A stretch of DNA of 64,000 bases from an uncultured Gemmatimonadaceae bacterium (GCA_963843845.1 CAWJMB010000002.1:512001-576000); one strand, 5' to 3'. Positions 23,029 to 34,305 are shown, numbered from the stretch's first letter. Program-made: numbers and translations. Notes: a model not told the origin generated them from the sequence alone.

Positions 23029-24450
23029 GTGCTGCGCGAATTCTTCATCCAGGCGACCTACCTCGCCGCCTCCGTTCTCTTCATCCTCGGCATCCGAGCG
23101 CTCACGCAACCGGACACGGCGCGCACGCGGCATGCAGCACGGCGGCGGTCGGCATGCTGCTCGCCATCGTCGGCACGCTGCTCCACGCAGCAGATCGTCG
23201 ACGTACGCTGGATCCTCGCCGGCCTCGTCGCTCGGCACCGCGATCGGCTACCCGATCGGGCAAGCGCGTCGCGATGACGTCGATGCCGCAGCTCATCGCG
23301 ATCTCGCACACGTTCGGCGCCGTCGCCGTCACGCTCGTCGGCGTCGCCGAGTACTGGACGCTGCGGCACGGCGCCGACGTCAGCCGGCCGACCATGGCGG
23401 CGCTCGGCTTCGAGGCGCTGCTCGGCGGCGCTCACGGTGACCGGCAGCTTCATGGCCTTCGGCAAGCTGCAGGGGTTCCTGCCCGACCGGCCGATCACGT
23501 TCAGAGGGCAGAACGTCGATCGAACTTCACGCTGTTCGGCGCGACGTTCGTGCTGCTCGCGCTAGCTCGTCTGGCAGCCCGGCGCAGCCCGCGCTGTTCT
23601 ACGCGATGATCGGCATCTCGCTCGCGATCGGCGTGCTGTTCGTGATCCCGATCGGCGGCGCCGACATGCCGGTCGTCATCTCGCTGCTCAACTCGTACGC
23701 CGGCCTCGCCGCGAGCGCGACCGGTTTCGCGATCGGCAACAACGTCCTCATCATCTGCGGCGCGCTCGACGGAGCGAGTCGGCTTCATGCTCTCGATCCT
23801 CATGAGCAAGGCGATGAACCGCTCGTTCTCGAACGTGCTGTTCGGCGCGTTCGGCATCGGCGCCGGCGGCGGTCGCGAGCGGGCCGTCGGGGCTCGTCGC
23901 GAAGTCGATCGACGACCGACGACGCGGCGCTGCAGCTCGCCTACGCGCAGAAAGTCGTCATCATCCCCGGCTACGGCATGGCGGTCGCGCAGAGCCAGCA
24001 CCAGGTGCGCGAGCTCGCGGACCTCATCGAGAAGCGCGGCGGTGACGTGAAGTACGCGATTCATCCCGTCGCCGGCCGCATGCCCGGACACCTCAACGTC
24101 ATCCTCGCCGACGCCGGCGTCGACTACGAGCGCCTGCTCACCGACGTCGACGACGCGAACCGCAGCTCGCGCGCGCCGACGTCGCGATGGTCATCGGCGC
24201 GAACGACATCGTGAATCCGGCCGCCGAGGACGACGAGTCGGCAGCCCGATCTACGGCATGCCCGTGCTCCAGCCGTGGAACGCGCAGCGCGTCATGGTCG
24301 TCAAGCGCGGCAAGGGCGTCGGCTTCGCCGGCATCGACAACCCGCTGTTCTACAAGCGACAACACGGTGATGCTCTACGGCGACGCGAAGGCGGTCGCCC
24401 GCGAGCTCATCACCGAGATCAAGGGCATGGACGAGGGGGGACACTTCTGA
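23029..24450 (+). CDS. pntB: NAD(P) transhydrogenase subunit beta (frameshifted)
   Basis: [63 protein letters not shown]. Confidence 0.92.
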
Positions 24451-24473
24451 TGATGAACGCCACACCGAACCGC

Positions 24474-24991
24474 ATGTCACACCGCCGCCGCTCCCCCTCA
24501 CCGCCGTCGTCACCGCGGCGCTCTCCGCCATCGTCCTCACCGCCTGTACCAAGGACGGCGCCGAGGACAACGGCCCCTCCGGGCGCGCCTCCGAGGCCGT
24601 CGCGACGATGAACCCCGACCCCGCGCAGAACACGTACGCCCCCGAGCTCGGCGTCGTGATGGCCTCGGCGTACAAGACGCCGGGCGGCACGTACTACCAG
24701 GAGGTCGCGCCGGGCACCGGCACCGTCTCGATCGTCGGGCGCCGTGCCACGGTGCGCTATACCGGCTGCCTCGCGAACGGCAAGCAGTTCGACGCGGGCG
24801 AGTACGCGTTCACGCCCGGCGCGGGCGAGGTCATCACCGGCTGGGACGACGGGATCGTCGGCATGAAGGTCGGCGGCAAGCGCAAGCTCGTCATCCCCGC
24901 CGACCTCGGCTACGGCGCCCAGGGCTCGCCGCCGGACATCCCGCCGAATGCGGTGCTCGTGTTCGACGTGGAGCTGCTGAGCGTGAGCTGA
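24474..24991 (+). CDS. FKBP-type peptidyl-prolyl isomerase, probable lipoprotein
   Basis: In-frame lipobox IVLTAC upstream of the tracked [45 protein letters not shown]. Start approximate (indel). Confidence 0.88.
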
Positions 24992-25073
24992 CGGTCGTGG
25001 AGGGGCGATCCGCCGGAGCGCCCCCGCCGTGAGCTGGCACCGATCAGGCCCCCCGACGTCGCCGCCCGCCCGT

Positions 25074-26048
25074 TCAGATCACCGCGGCGCGCACGCGCGG
25101 TCGTCCACCGCCTCCAGTCGAACCCACGCTCGCCGCTCGAGCGCCGCCGCCAGCTCGCGCCCGGACGCGCCACCGCCCGTCGGGATCCTTCGCGAGACAC
25201 CGCTCGATCGCCGCCGACGAGCGCCGTCGGCGCGTCGCGGCGCGAGGCGGCGCGAGCGGCGGCACGCGCTGCAGCAGGTGGCGCGCCGAGAGCTCGCGCA
25301 GCGTGCGCCCCGCGGAACGGCGGCCGCCCCGTGAGCAGCGTGAAGCCGAGCACGCCCAGCGCGTACAGATCGCTCCGCCCGTCGATCGCGTGCTCGCCGA
25401 CGAGCTGCTCCGGCGACATGTAACTGCGGCGTCCCCGTCGCCGTCCCCGGCACCGCCTGCCGCGTCGTGCGACGGCAGCGCGGCGACGCCGAAGTCGGTG
25501 AGCAGCGCGCGCCCGCACCCGAGTCCGTCGACGACCGAGCGCGGCGTGCTCGAGCAGCACGTTCGCCGGCTTCAGGTCGCGGTGCACGACGCCCTCGCGG
25601 TGCGCGTAGTCGAGCGTGCCAGCGCGAGCGCGGCGAGCACGCGCCGCGTCGTCGCCGCGTCGAGCCGCCCGTCGCGCCGAAGCCGCTCGGCGAGCGACTC
25701 GCCCTCGACGTAGGGCATGACGAAGTACGGCACACGCGCCCGAGCGCGCCGACGGGCTCACGTCCACCTCGCCGAACGCGTGGACCGGCACGATCGCCCG
25801 GGTGCGTCAGGCGCGCCATCACCCGCGCCTCGCGCTGAAAGCGCGCGCGCTCGTCGGCGTGACTGCGCGAGCTCGGGGCGCAGCAGCTTGATCGCGACGA
25901 CGCGGTGCAGCGCGAGGTCGCGCGCCAGCACCACGATCCCCATCGCGCCGCGCCCCAGCTCGCGCACGAGCTGATAGTGTGTCCCGAGCGCGTCGGGTGC
26001 GAACACTGCGTCGAGCGACGCGGACGGGCGTGCGAGTGGAGCAGTCAT
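25074..26048 (-). CDS. Hanks-type Ser/Thr protein kinase (frameshifted)
   Basis: [50 protein letters not shown]. Confidence 0.88.
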
Positions 26049-26210
26049 AGGATTCTCTGGCCTTCACCAAGGGAAGGCTCGTGCCGCGCCGGTGTCGACG
26101 CGTATGCCTATGACACGCAAGGAGTTGGCGATGGTTTGCCGGCGTCGCGCGGGCCGGTGCGGTGTCCGTCCGTGGGACGCCCTGTCCGCCAGCGCGACGC
26201 GTCGGCGCCT

Positions 26211-26937
26211 TCAGAACACCCGGATCGGCACCACGCTCGGCAGGTCGACGATCCGCTTCTCGGTGCGATTCGCCGCCGCGCCCTGGAACCACGCTCGTCC
26301 TTCTGCACCCCTGCCGCCGTCATCACGTCGCGCGCGAGCGCACGATGTCCTCGTTGCGCATGCGGATCGACCCGTGCGACACCGCCTTGCCGATCGACGT
26401 CGGGTCGCTCGTGCCGTGGATCGTCCGCGGCGGGTCGTAGATGAGCTGCGCGCGGCCCAAGGGATTCTTGGGGTCGCCCGGCTCGCGCGGCTCACGCTCG
26501 TCGGCCCACGACTCGTCGGGCGGAATCCATGCCGGGTTGAACACGACCTGCGAGATCACCCACTCGCCAGTCCGCGTCGGCCACTCGCTCGACCCGACCG
26601 CGACCGGGATGACCCGCGGCTGTCCGTCGGCGCCGAACACCTTCGCCTGCCGCGCCTTCGTGTCGATCTCGATGCGCATCGCCGTTCGCGGCCGCTCGCT
26701 CGGCGGACGCTCGGTGCTGGGGACGGCGGCGCTGTCCGCGGTCGCGCTCCCGGGTGCAGGGGCGTCGGCTCGTGGCGGCGTCGGCGTGTTCGCCGTCGCG
26801 GCCGTCGCGGCCGTCGCGGCGCTGTCGGCGGTCGCGGGCTTCTCCTGCACGGTGCAGGCGGCGAGCACGGCGAGACACGACGCGGCGCGGAACGTGGAGC
26901 GGAACGCGGCGCCGGGTCGGAACATGAGGTGCGGCAT
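26211..26937 (-). CDS. L,D-transpeptidase (YkuD) lipoprotein (frameshifted near the 3' end)
   Basis: Lipobox VLAAC; PVAVG, NPAWIPP, NPLG, IHGT...IGKAVSHGSIRM (catalytic Cys position reads Ser here). Confidence 0.8.
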
Positions 26938-27009
26938 GCGGTGAGGCGTCTGCAACGAGAAAGGGAGACCGGTGTGACCCGATCTCCCTTTTTGCAATGG
27001 CCATTCCGC

Positions 27010-27576
27010 TCAGAGCACGCGGTGCACGAGATCGCCGATCCCCTCGGTCACCCGCTCGCCGAGCGCGGTCGCCGAATTCGCGAGGGCGCCGGCCGTGCGG
27101 CGGACGCTCGCCACGACGTCCGAGCCGGTCGTCTTGCGCGCCGCGGACCGCCGCGCCGGCGCCGTCTTCGCCGTGGCGTGCTTGACGGCCTTCGTCACCG
27201 CTCCCTTCTTCGCCCCGCCCTTCTTCGCGACCGCCGTGTTCGCGCTGCCGCCCTTCTTCGCGACGGCGCGCTTCGGGCTCGCCCCCTTCGTGGCGCCGCG
27301 CTTCGCCGCGCCGCCCTGCTTCGCCGCCGAGGTCTTCGCGGCCGGCTTCTTCGCCGCGGACGTCTTCGTGGTCCGACGTCTTCGCGGCCGACGTCTTCGC
27401 GGCCGACGTCTTCGCGGCCGCCTCTTCGTCGACGACTTCCGCGTGGCCGTCCGCGACGGGCTCGCCCGCTTCACGCCGCCGGTCTTCACACCGCCGCCGC
27501 TCTCCGCCGCCGCCGCCCGCGCCGGCCGGCGCACGACGCCGGACGTACCGCCCGCATTCTGTGAACGAGTCGCCAT
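27010..27576 (-). CDS. Lys/Ala-rich histone H1-like protein
   Basis: Repeats AKKPAAKTSAAK, AVAKKGG; very basic; GGAG-type RBS upstream. Confidence 0.65.
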   Translation of the reverse strand: MATRSQNAGGTSGVVRRPARAAAAESGGGVKTGGVKRASPSRTATRKSSTKRRPRRRRPRRRRPRRRRTTKTSAAKKPAAKTSAAKQGGAAKRGATKGASPKRAVAKKGGSANTAVAKKGGAKKGAVTKAVKHATAKTAPARRSAARKTTGSDVVASVRRTAGALANSATALGERVTEGIGDLVHRVL

Positions 27577-27723
27577 GTCAGCTCTCCGGAAGGAGTGAGG
27601 AACACTTCGCGATCGTCCTAATTAGGCACAAAACGCCACCAGCCGCAACAGCGTTCCGTCGCTTTTGTGGCCGAATGCGGTTTATTGACGACGTTTTGAG
27701 ACGGAATGCGCCGTTATGACGGG

Positions 27724-28851
27724 TCACCGCGCGACGCGCAGGTTCTCGTGCACGTGCTCGGCGCTGCGCATCCCGGCGAACGTCACGCACACGCCGGGCA
27801 GCGCCCGGACGAACGACACGGCCCGCTGCGCGTCGGTCGAGCACCCGGGGAGCGCCTCGCGCACCTGCGGCGGCAGGTTCGCCGCGAGCTGCCCGTGCAT
27901 GAGCGGCGCGCTGGCCAGGATCGGTACCCCCAGCTCCTGCGCGGCGTGCAGCAGCGGCACGAGGCGCGACTGCGGACGACCCGGGAGCGGCTGCGTCGGC
28001 ACGCGCGCCGCCTCGGGGGTCGCGAGACTCACCGGCAGCTGCGCCGCCGCGAAGTGGTGTCGCGCTCCCGCCACGTCGCGCGCGGCGGCGACGACGCTCG
28101 CGAGGGACAGATGCCCCGCCGCGCCGGGCGGGACGCGCAGCCCGCGCCACGTCGCGATCCCCCACCGCGCGATCTCGCCGCGCCCGACCGCCCCTTCGAG
28201 CGCCTCGATCGCGCGCCGCAGCGTGCGCGCGAACGCGTCGGGGTCGAGCACGTCGAGCTGCCGCTCCGGCTCGTGCAGCGAGTACAGGTCGATCGTGTCG
28301 ACCCCGAGGTTCGCGCGGCTCCGCGCGATCTGGTGCGCGAGGAAGGCGGGCGCGAGCGAGTGGCCGCCGTGGGCGACCTCGTCGACCGTCACGAGTCCCG
28401 GCGCGAACAGCTCACGCTCGAGGTAGGCGTCGTAGGCCTCGCGCGACGCCGGCGGCTCGCCGTCGGGGGCGACGAATCCCCCTTTCGTGCAGACCACCAC
28501 CTCGTCGCGCCGCACCGTCCCGTCGGCGATCCCCCGCGCCAGCGCCCGACCGACCGCGCGCTCCGACCGCTGACAGCGGTAGCTGATCGCCGTGTCGACG
28601 ACGTTGCACCCGGCGACGAACGCCGCATGGAGCGTCTCCTCGTACCGCGTATCGTCAGTGTCGGTACATTCGCCGAGGAACGTGCCGACACCGAGCGATC
28701 CGACGGTCAGCCGGGCGTCGGGCGTCTCGAGCGTGCGGAAGAAGCCGTCGGCGAAGCGTGTGGCGAAACGCGCCGCGAAGCGGGCGGTGCCCTCGCGTGT
28801 CGCGCTCACGGCAGCCTTCGTGGTCGAAGACGGCCCCGGGGTGGTCGGCAT
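27724..28851 (-). CDS. Aldo/keto reductase family protein
   Basis: SLGVGTFLG, NVVDTAISYR, VVCTKGG, NLGVDTIDLYSLHEPE, GMRSAEHVHENL. Confidence 0.85.
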   Translation of the reverse strand: MPTTPGPSSTTKAAVSATREGTARFAARFATRFADGFFRTLETPDARLTVGSLGVGTFLGECTDTDDTRYEETLHAAFVAGCNVVDTAISYRCQRSERAVGRALARGIADGTVRRDEVVVCTKGGFVAPDGEPPASREAYDAYLERELFAPGLVTVDEVAHGGHSLAPAFLAHQIARSRANLGVDTIDLYSLHEPERQLDVLDPDAFARTLRRAIEALEGAVGRGEIARWGIATWRGLRVPPGAAGHLSLASVVAAARDVAGARHHFAAAQLPVSLATPEAARVPTQPLPGRPQSRLVPLLHAAQELGVPILASAPLMHGQLAANLPPQVREALPGCSTDAQRAVSFVRALPGVCVTFAGMRSAEHVHENLRVAR

Positions 28852-28940
28852 GCCGGGAGGGTACCGACGCGGCACCGGCGTTGCAACCGACATCCGGGCT
28901 GCGCGTCGGTTGCACCGTCTCACCCTCTGCGTTCGACACC

Positions 28941-31011
28941 GTGCCCACACCGACCGTGACCCGCTTCTCGCTCGCCGCGCTCGGCGCCGTCGCCGCGCTG
29001 ATCGGCGCATCCTGCTCGCGCCAGCCGCCGGTCGCGCAGGTGATGACCCCCGTTCGCATCGATCCGACGTCGGCGTTCGCGGCGGCGGGGCGGGGAACGA
29101 TGGGGAGCGGCGATCCGTTCGCGACCTTCGCGTCGATCGGCCAGGCCGAGTGGCCAGGCCCGAACCGCTATCGCGGCGCGAACGGCGCTCCGGGCCCCGA
29201 CTACTGGCAGCAGCGCGCGGATTACACGATCGCCGCGACGCTCGACACCGCCAACGGCGGCAGCGTGAGCGGCACGGTCTCGCTCCGCTACACGAACAAC
29301 TCGCCGGACACGCTCCGCTTCGTCTGGCTCCAGCTCGACCAGAATCTCTATCGCGCCGGCAGCAAGGGCTCGGCGATGTTCGCGGCCGACTCGCGGTGGG
29401 GGGTGCGCGGCTTTCGCGGCGGATACAGCTGAGCGACGTCCGCGTCGACGGAAGGCCGGCATCCCGAAGGTCGACGACACGATGATGCGGCTCGACCTCG
29501 ACGCGCCGATCGCGCCGCGCGGCGGCAGGTCGACGATCACGATCCGCTACCGCTTCGCCGTGCCCGAGCACGGCTCCGACCGCATGGGGCGCGACGGGAT
29601 GCTGTTCGAGATGGCGCAATGGTATCCGCGCATGGCCGTCTACGACGACGTCCGCGGCTGGAACACCGATCCGTACCTCGGCCAGGGCGAGTTCTATCTC
29701 GAGTACGGAGACATCGACTACAGCGTGACCGTGCCGGCCGGGTACGTGTCGCCGGGAGCGGCGTGCTGCAGAACGCGAGCGACGTGCTGTCCGCCGAGCA
29801 GCGCGACCGGCTCGCGAAGGCGCGCACGCTGTCGGCCGCTCCGGACGGGCGGAGACGGTCGCGTCGATCATCACGAGAGACGAGGCCGAGGCCGCGCGAT
29901 CCCGTCGCGTCGGTGGCGGGCGCACGTGGCGATTCCGGGCGGAGAACGTGCGCGACGTCGCGTGGGCCGCGGCGCCGGATTTCCGGTGGGACGCGACGAG
30001 CTGGAACGGCGTGCTCTGTCAGGCGTACTACCAGTTCCCGAAGAGCGGCCGCGCCTGGGAGAGGGCGCCGAGCAGACGTGCTGGTCGATCCGGACGTACT
30101 CGACGCTGGTCTATCCGTACCCGTATCCCCAGGCGACGAGCGTGGCCGGCCCGGTCGGCGGCATGGAATACCCCATGTTCGTCATGGTCGACACCGGGAG
30201 CGACGACCCTGCCTCGGTGTTCGGCACCATCGACCACGAACAGGGGCACGAGTGGTTCCCCATGCTCGTCGGCTCGAACGAGCGCCGCTTCGCGTGGATG
30301 GACGAAGGGCTCAACACGTACATCAACACCTTCTCCGCCGAGCGCCGGTATCCGGGAACGACGCCGTGGAATGGTTACGTGAAGAACTGGCGCGACGCGG
30401 TCGAGGGGGGGACGCAATCGCCGCTCATGACTCCTCCCGACCGGATCGACGCGAGTGCACTCGGCGCGCTCGCCTACCGCAAGCCGGCGGCGGTGCTGCT
30501 GACGCTGCGCAATCACGTGGTCGGCGCCGACACGTTCGACCGCGCGATCCGCGAGTACGCCCGCCGCTGGGCGTTCAGGCACCCGACGCCCGGCGACTTC
30601 TTCCGCACGATCGAGAACGTGAGCGGGAGGGACCTCTCCTGGTACTGGCGGAGCTTCTGGTACACGAGCGACGTGCTCGACATCGCGCTCGACAGCGTGA
30701 CGAGCCGCGCGACGCCGACCGGCGAGCTGCAGGTCTCGCTCTACATGCACCGCACGACGAGCATTCCGTTCCCGGTCGCCGCGCGCCTCGCGTTCGTCGA
30801 CGGCCGCACGATGGACGTCGCGTTTCCGGTCGAGCTGTGGGGTCGGCCGCACGTCGGCGATCACATCGTCGGGACGGTGAACGTGCCGGCACGGGTCGTC
30901 GGGGCGCGTCTCTGGCCGCAGGGGGGTATCCCAGATTGGGATCCGTCGAACGACGTCTGGGGAAGCGCGCCGCCGGCGCGCACGGTCGAGTCCGTCACAG
31001 GAGTGCCGTGA
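28941..31011 (+). CDS. M1 family metallopeptidase, secreted/lipoprotein (frameshifted)
   Basis: GPDYWQQRADY, AQWYPRM, GGMEYPM, HEQGHEWF (HExxH), WMDEGLNT, HPTPGDFF. Confidence 0.88.
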
Positions 31012-31098
31012 CTGCCAAATCTTCACTCGTCGATTCGGCGGATCTTCGGTAGATTCGAGAGTCCACCTTTCGCAGGACGTTTTTCCGAGGTTGCAGCC

Positions 31099-31350
31099 GT
31101 GCTGGTCACCATCACCCCCCGCCTCCGCATCCACCGCGACGAAGTGCTCTGCGCGCTGCTGCGAGGCAATACCGTTCTCCTGCGCTTCGTGGGGATGAAG
31201 CCGATGCGCGTTCCGGTCGACGACCTCACCGACGAGGCCCGCGCCTGGCTCCTTCCGGCGCTCGCGCCGCGCGAGATCCCGCTCGTCGACACGATCGAGG
31301 AAGTCGTCGAGGACGCCGAGACCGAAGAGGTCGACGAGCGAACGAGCTGA
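31099..31350 (+). CDS. Small hypothetical protein
   Basis: 83 aa ORF with host-like codon usage and acidic tail. Confidence 0.5.
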   Translation: MLVTITPRLRIHRDEVLCALLRGNTVLLRFVGMKPMRVPVDDLTDEARAWLLPALAPREIPLVDTIEEVVEDAETEEVDERTS

Positions 31351-31436
31351 GTTCCGGCAGTTCCGGGCTGGCCGCACGATCAGCCACTGCTAGATTCCGC
31401 GGTTCGTCGTCGTGCGACCCGTCCTGGAGTGAAGCA

Positions 31437-32240
31437 ATGCCGGAGTTTGGAAGCTGGGCTTCCGCGTGGTGGAAGCCCGTGCTGTTCGTGATCGTCGCTG
31501 GGCACATCACGAACGTCTGCGTCACCCTGTTTCTGCACCGCGCGCAGACCCATCGCGGCGTCAAGTTTCACTGGCTCGCGGAGACGCCGATGCGCGTCTG
31601 GCTGTGGCTGACGACCGCGATCAAGACGAAGGAGTGGGTGGCCTGCCACCGAAAGCATCACGCGTTCGCCGACCGGGACGGCGATCCGCACAGCCCGTTC
31701 GTCGAAGGGCTGCGCAACATCATGCTGAAAGGGGCGTTCTACTATCGCGACGCCGTGCGCCAGCCCGGCGTGCTCGAGAAGTACGGCAAAGGCACGCCGA
31801 GCGACTGGCTCGAGCGACACCTGCTCGACCGGCGGTCGACGGCCGGCATCTTCGTCATGCTGGCCATCAACATCTGGCTGTTCGGCTTCTTCGTCGGGCC
31901 GCTCGTCTGGGGCATCCAGATGATCTGGATTCCCTTCTGGGCCGCCGGCGTCATCAACGGCGTCGGGCACGCGCTCGGCTACCGGAACTACGACGTCAAG
32001 GACGAGAGCCGCAACATCTCGCCGATCGCCATCTGGCTCGGCGGCGAGGAGCTGCACAACAACCATCACGCCGACCCGCACTCCGCGAAGTTCGGGCACA
32101 AGTGGTACGAGTTCGACATCGGGTGGCTCTACATCCGCCTGCTCTCGCTCTTCGGGCTGGCCAAGGTGAAGTACGCGCACGGCGTCGCCGGCTACGACCG
32201 GAACCAGGGCGACGATCCGACGGCGCGCGTCGCCGCCTGA
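31437..32240 (+). CDS. Membrane fatty-acid (acyl-CoA, delta-9 type) desaturase
   Basis: His boxes HRAQTH, HRKHH, HNNHH; GDPHSP; FDIGWLYI. Confidence 0.92.
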   Translation: MPEFGSWASAWWKPVLFVIVAGHITNVCVTLFLHRAQTHRGVKFHWLAETPMRVWLWLTTAIKTKEWVACHRKHHAFADRDGDPHSPFVEGLRNIMLKGAFYYRDAVRQPGVLEKYGKGTPSDWLERHLLDRRSTAGIFVMLAINIWLFGFFVGPLVWGIQMIWIPFWAAGVINGVGHALGYRNYDVKDESRNISPIAIWLGGEELHNNHHADPHSAKFGHKWYEFDIGWLYIRLLSLFGLAKVKYAHGVAGYDRNQGDDPTARVAA

Positions 32241-32263
32241 TCGCCCGCATCGGTGTATGATTC

Positions 32264-32293
32264 AGGGCCCGGGTCGGTGACCCGGGCCCTTTT
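32264..32293 (+). terminator. Intrinsic terminator after desaturase
   Basis: AGGGCCCGGGTC-GGT-GACCCGGGCCCT followed by TTT. Confidence 0.75.
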
Positions 32294-32317
32294 CACGTTC
32301 TCACGTAAGCCAATACC

Positions 32318-32602
32318 ATGTCACACGTTACGTGTACACGCTGCGGCGAGACCCGCGACGGGTTCGAGAAGCCGCCGATCGGAGTCGGGGGAGAGACCGG
32401 GGCGCGGATCGTGCGCGAGGTCTGCCAGGTCTGCTGGGGCGACTGGCTGAAGCAGCAGACGATGCTGATCAACCACTACGGCCTGAACCTGATGGACCCC
32501 CAGGCCCGCACGTTCCTCGGCCGCCAGCGCGACGCGTATCTGTTCAAGACCGACGCGAACGAGGACGTCGACACGTCGAAGCAGGGAACGATCGCCTGGT
32601 GA
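32318..32602 (+). CDS. yggX: Fe(II)-trafficking / oxidative damage protection protein (YggX family)
   Basis: VTCTRCG, GARIVREVCQVCWGDWLKQQTMLINHYGLNLMDP. Confidence 0.85.
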   Translation: MSHVTCTRCGETRDGFEKPPIGVGGETGARIVREVCQVCWGDWLKQQTMLINHYGLNLMDPQARTFLGRQRDAYLFKTDANEDVDTSKQGTIAW

Positions 32603-32629
32603 GCAGAGGTTCTGGCTCGCTCTCACGAC

Positions 32630-32657
32630 TTGACTTTAGTGTCAACGCGTGAATAAT
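32630..32657 (+). promoter_or_regulatory. Sigma70-like promoter of nrtR with possible overlapping operator
   Basis: TTGACT-16 nt-AATAAT, ATG 7 nt downstream; imperfect palindrome TTAGTGTCAACGCGTGAATAA. Confidence 0.5.
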
Positions 32658-32664
32658 TGCGATC

Positions 32665-33372
32665 ATGAGCCCTGTTCTCACCTCCCCGCGGCCGCGCACG
32701 ACCCGCCGGCCGGCGACACACCGGAGCCCGTACTCCGTCGATGTCGTGCTGCTCACCGTCCACGACGGACAGCTCATGGTCGCCCTTCGTCGCCCTGCCG
32801 TCCGCTCGAATCAGCGTGAGCGGTGGGAGCTGCCGTGGAATCCGGGGCGGCTCGAGGAGACGTTCGCGCAGGCGGCCGAGCGGATCGCGCAGGACGCGGT
32901 CGGCGCACCGACGGCGTGGCTCGAGCAGATCGGCGCGTTCGGGAGCGAGCGGCGGCACCCGGCGACGGGTGAGGTCTCGGTCGCCTATGCCGGGCTGCTC
33001 CCGGTCGGCACCCGCGTCGCGACCGACGACGACCTCGGGTTCTTCCCGGTCGCGGACCTGCCGGCGCTCTCGCCGCGGCAGCGGGCGATGATCGACACGG
33101 CGGTCGAGATGGTGCGCGCGCGCGTCGGCCAGGCGCCGGTCGCGTTCCGCTTCCTCCCGGCGACGTTCACGCTGAGCGAGCTGCAGGAGATGTACGAGCT
33201 GCTCCTCGGCCGGCCGCTGCACAAGGCGAGCTTCCGGCGTTCGCTACAGGCGGCGCGCATCGTCGAGGCGACCGACGAGTGGCGGAGCGAGGGGCGCGGC
33301 CGCCCGGCGCAGCTCTTCCGCTACGCGCCGAAGAAGCGCAAGAACCCGCCACGCGGCGTTCGCTTCGACTGA
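32665..33372 (+). CDS. nrtR: NrtR-type Nudix-wHTH transcriptional regulator
   Basis: SVDVVLLT, WELP, LEQIGAFG, SVAYAGL; wHTH FTLSELQEMYE...KASFRR...GRPAQLFRY. Confidence 0.85.
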   Translation: MSPVLTSPRPRTTRRPATHRSPYSVDVVLLTVHDGQLMVALRRPAVRSNQRERWELPWNPGRLEETFAQAAERIAQDAVGAPTAWLEQIGAFGSERRHPATGEVSVAYAGLLPVGTRVATDDDLGFFPVADLPALSPRQRAMIDTAVEMVRARVGQAPVAFRFLPATFTLSELQEMYELLLGRPLHKASFRRSLQAARIVEATDEWRSEGRGRPAQLFRYAPKKRKNPPRGVRFD

Positions 33373-33391
33373 CGCAGCTGGGAAACGATGC

Positions 33392-33423
33392 ACGGCGCCC
33401 GTCCTGACCTGGACGGGCGCCGT
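33392..33423. terminator. Hairpin between convergent genes
   Basis: ACGGCGCCCGTCC-TGACCT-GGACGGGCGCCGT, perfect 13-bp stem. Confidence 0.65.
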
Positions 33424-33439
33424 TCGCGTCTCGGGGAGG

Positions 33440-33709
33440 TCAGGACGCCGGGCGGCTCTGCCAGCGTCGGATGGCCTGAGCGAGCGACAGATTGTCGGCG
33501 GCGATCGGGTGCAGCTCGCTCAGTAACCCGTCATCGTCGGGCGCGCGGGCTTCCGCGATGATCGGCGGGAGGTGGCCGGCGCGTCTGGACGGATCGCCGC
33601 GCCGCTCGACCCAGAGCCGCGCATGCCGGCCGGCGCCGTCCTCGAGGCAGTCGATCGCCACGAAGCCGCCGCCCGGGAGAGCGCGGGAATAGAGAATGAC
33701 GCGGGACAT
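33440..33709 (-). CDS. Small hypothetical protein
   Basis: 89 aa ORF MSRVILYSRALPGGGFVAI..., globular composition, ends near the hairpin. Confidence 0.55.
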   Translation of the reverse strand: MSRVILYSRALPGGGFVAIDCLEDGAGRHARLWVERRGDPSRRAGHLPPIIAEARAPDDDGLLSELHPIAADNLSLAQAIRRWQSRPAS

Positions 33710-33915
33710 CGAGAGGAGGGAAACACCCGGGGCCGGGAGAGGTGGGAAGAACGAGGCCCCGTCCTGCTGCGCAACTGGCGTTGCGATGGCGCAATGTGTG
33801 CCGCTCTACACCGTCCCGCTAGACCGGGAGATTGCGGATGACATGGTCACGCTCCCCTCGTGATCCCGTGGTCCGCGCGCTCGCCCGCGGACCACGGGAG
33901 TCGAGCGGAACGCCG

Positions 33916-34122
33916 TCAGACCTTCCGGACGTTGGCAGCCTGGGGGCCCTTCTGCCCCTCCACGATCTCGAACTCGACCTGATCGCCCTCGGCGAGGCTC
34001 TTGAAGCCGTCGGACTCGATGGCGGAGAAGTGCACGAACACGTCGTTCCCCCCCTCGTATCCGATGAAGCCGAACCCCTTGGCGTCATTGAACCATTTCA
34101 CCGTACCCGTCAACCGCTCCAT
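33916..34122 (-). CDS. cspA: Cold-shock protein
   Basis: [34 protein letters not shown]. Confidence 0.97.
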   Translation of the reverse strand: MERLTGTVKWFNDAKGFGFIGYEGGNDVFVHFSAIESDGFKSLAEGDQVEFEIVEGQKGPQAANVRKV

Positions 34123-34247
34123 GGCCGCCCACCTCGTTCACTCTGTCGACGTCAACCCGGTGCTCGGCAGTGTGCCGGCAGTGTCGAGTGAGCAAGAGTC
34201 GTGACAGGAGCGAAACAGATGAATCGGCGGACGGGTCGTGGGAACGG

Positions 34248-34277
34248 AAAAGCCCCGAAGCGGTATGGCTTCGGGGC
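34248..34277 (-). terminator. Intrinsic terminator of the small Zn-ribbon gene
   Basis: Minus strand GCCCCGAAGC-CATACC-GCTTCGGGGC-TTTT. Confidence 0.75.
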
Positions 34278-34305
34278 CGATCGTTGCTGGGCGAGCGGGG
34301 AGGGG

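Noticed and set aside
1235..30100. Mass pseudogenisation or programmed frameshifting of many genes (peptidases, tld, pnt, kinase)
   Set aside because: Indels cluster regionally, hit housekeeping genes such as pnt, and leave catalytic motifs intact with no evident nonsense substitutions; best explained as long-read consensus error.
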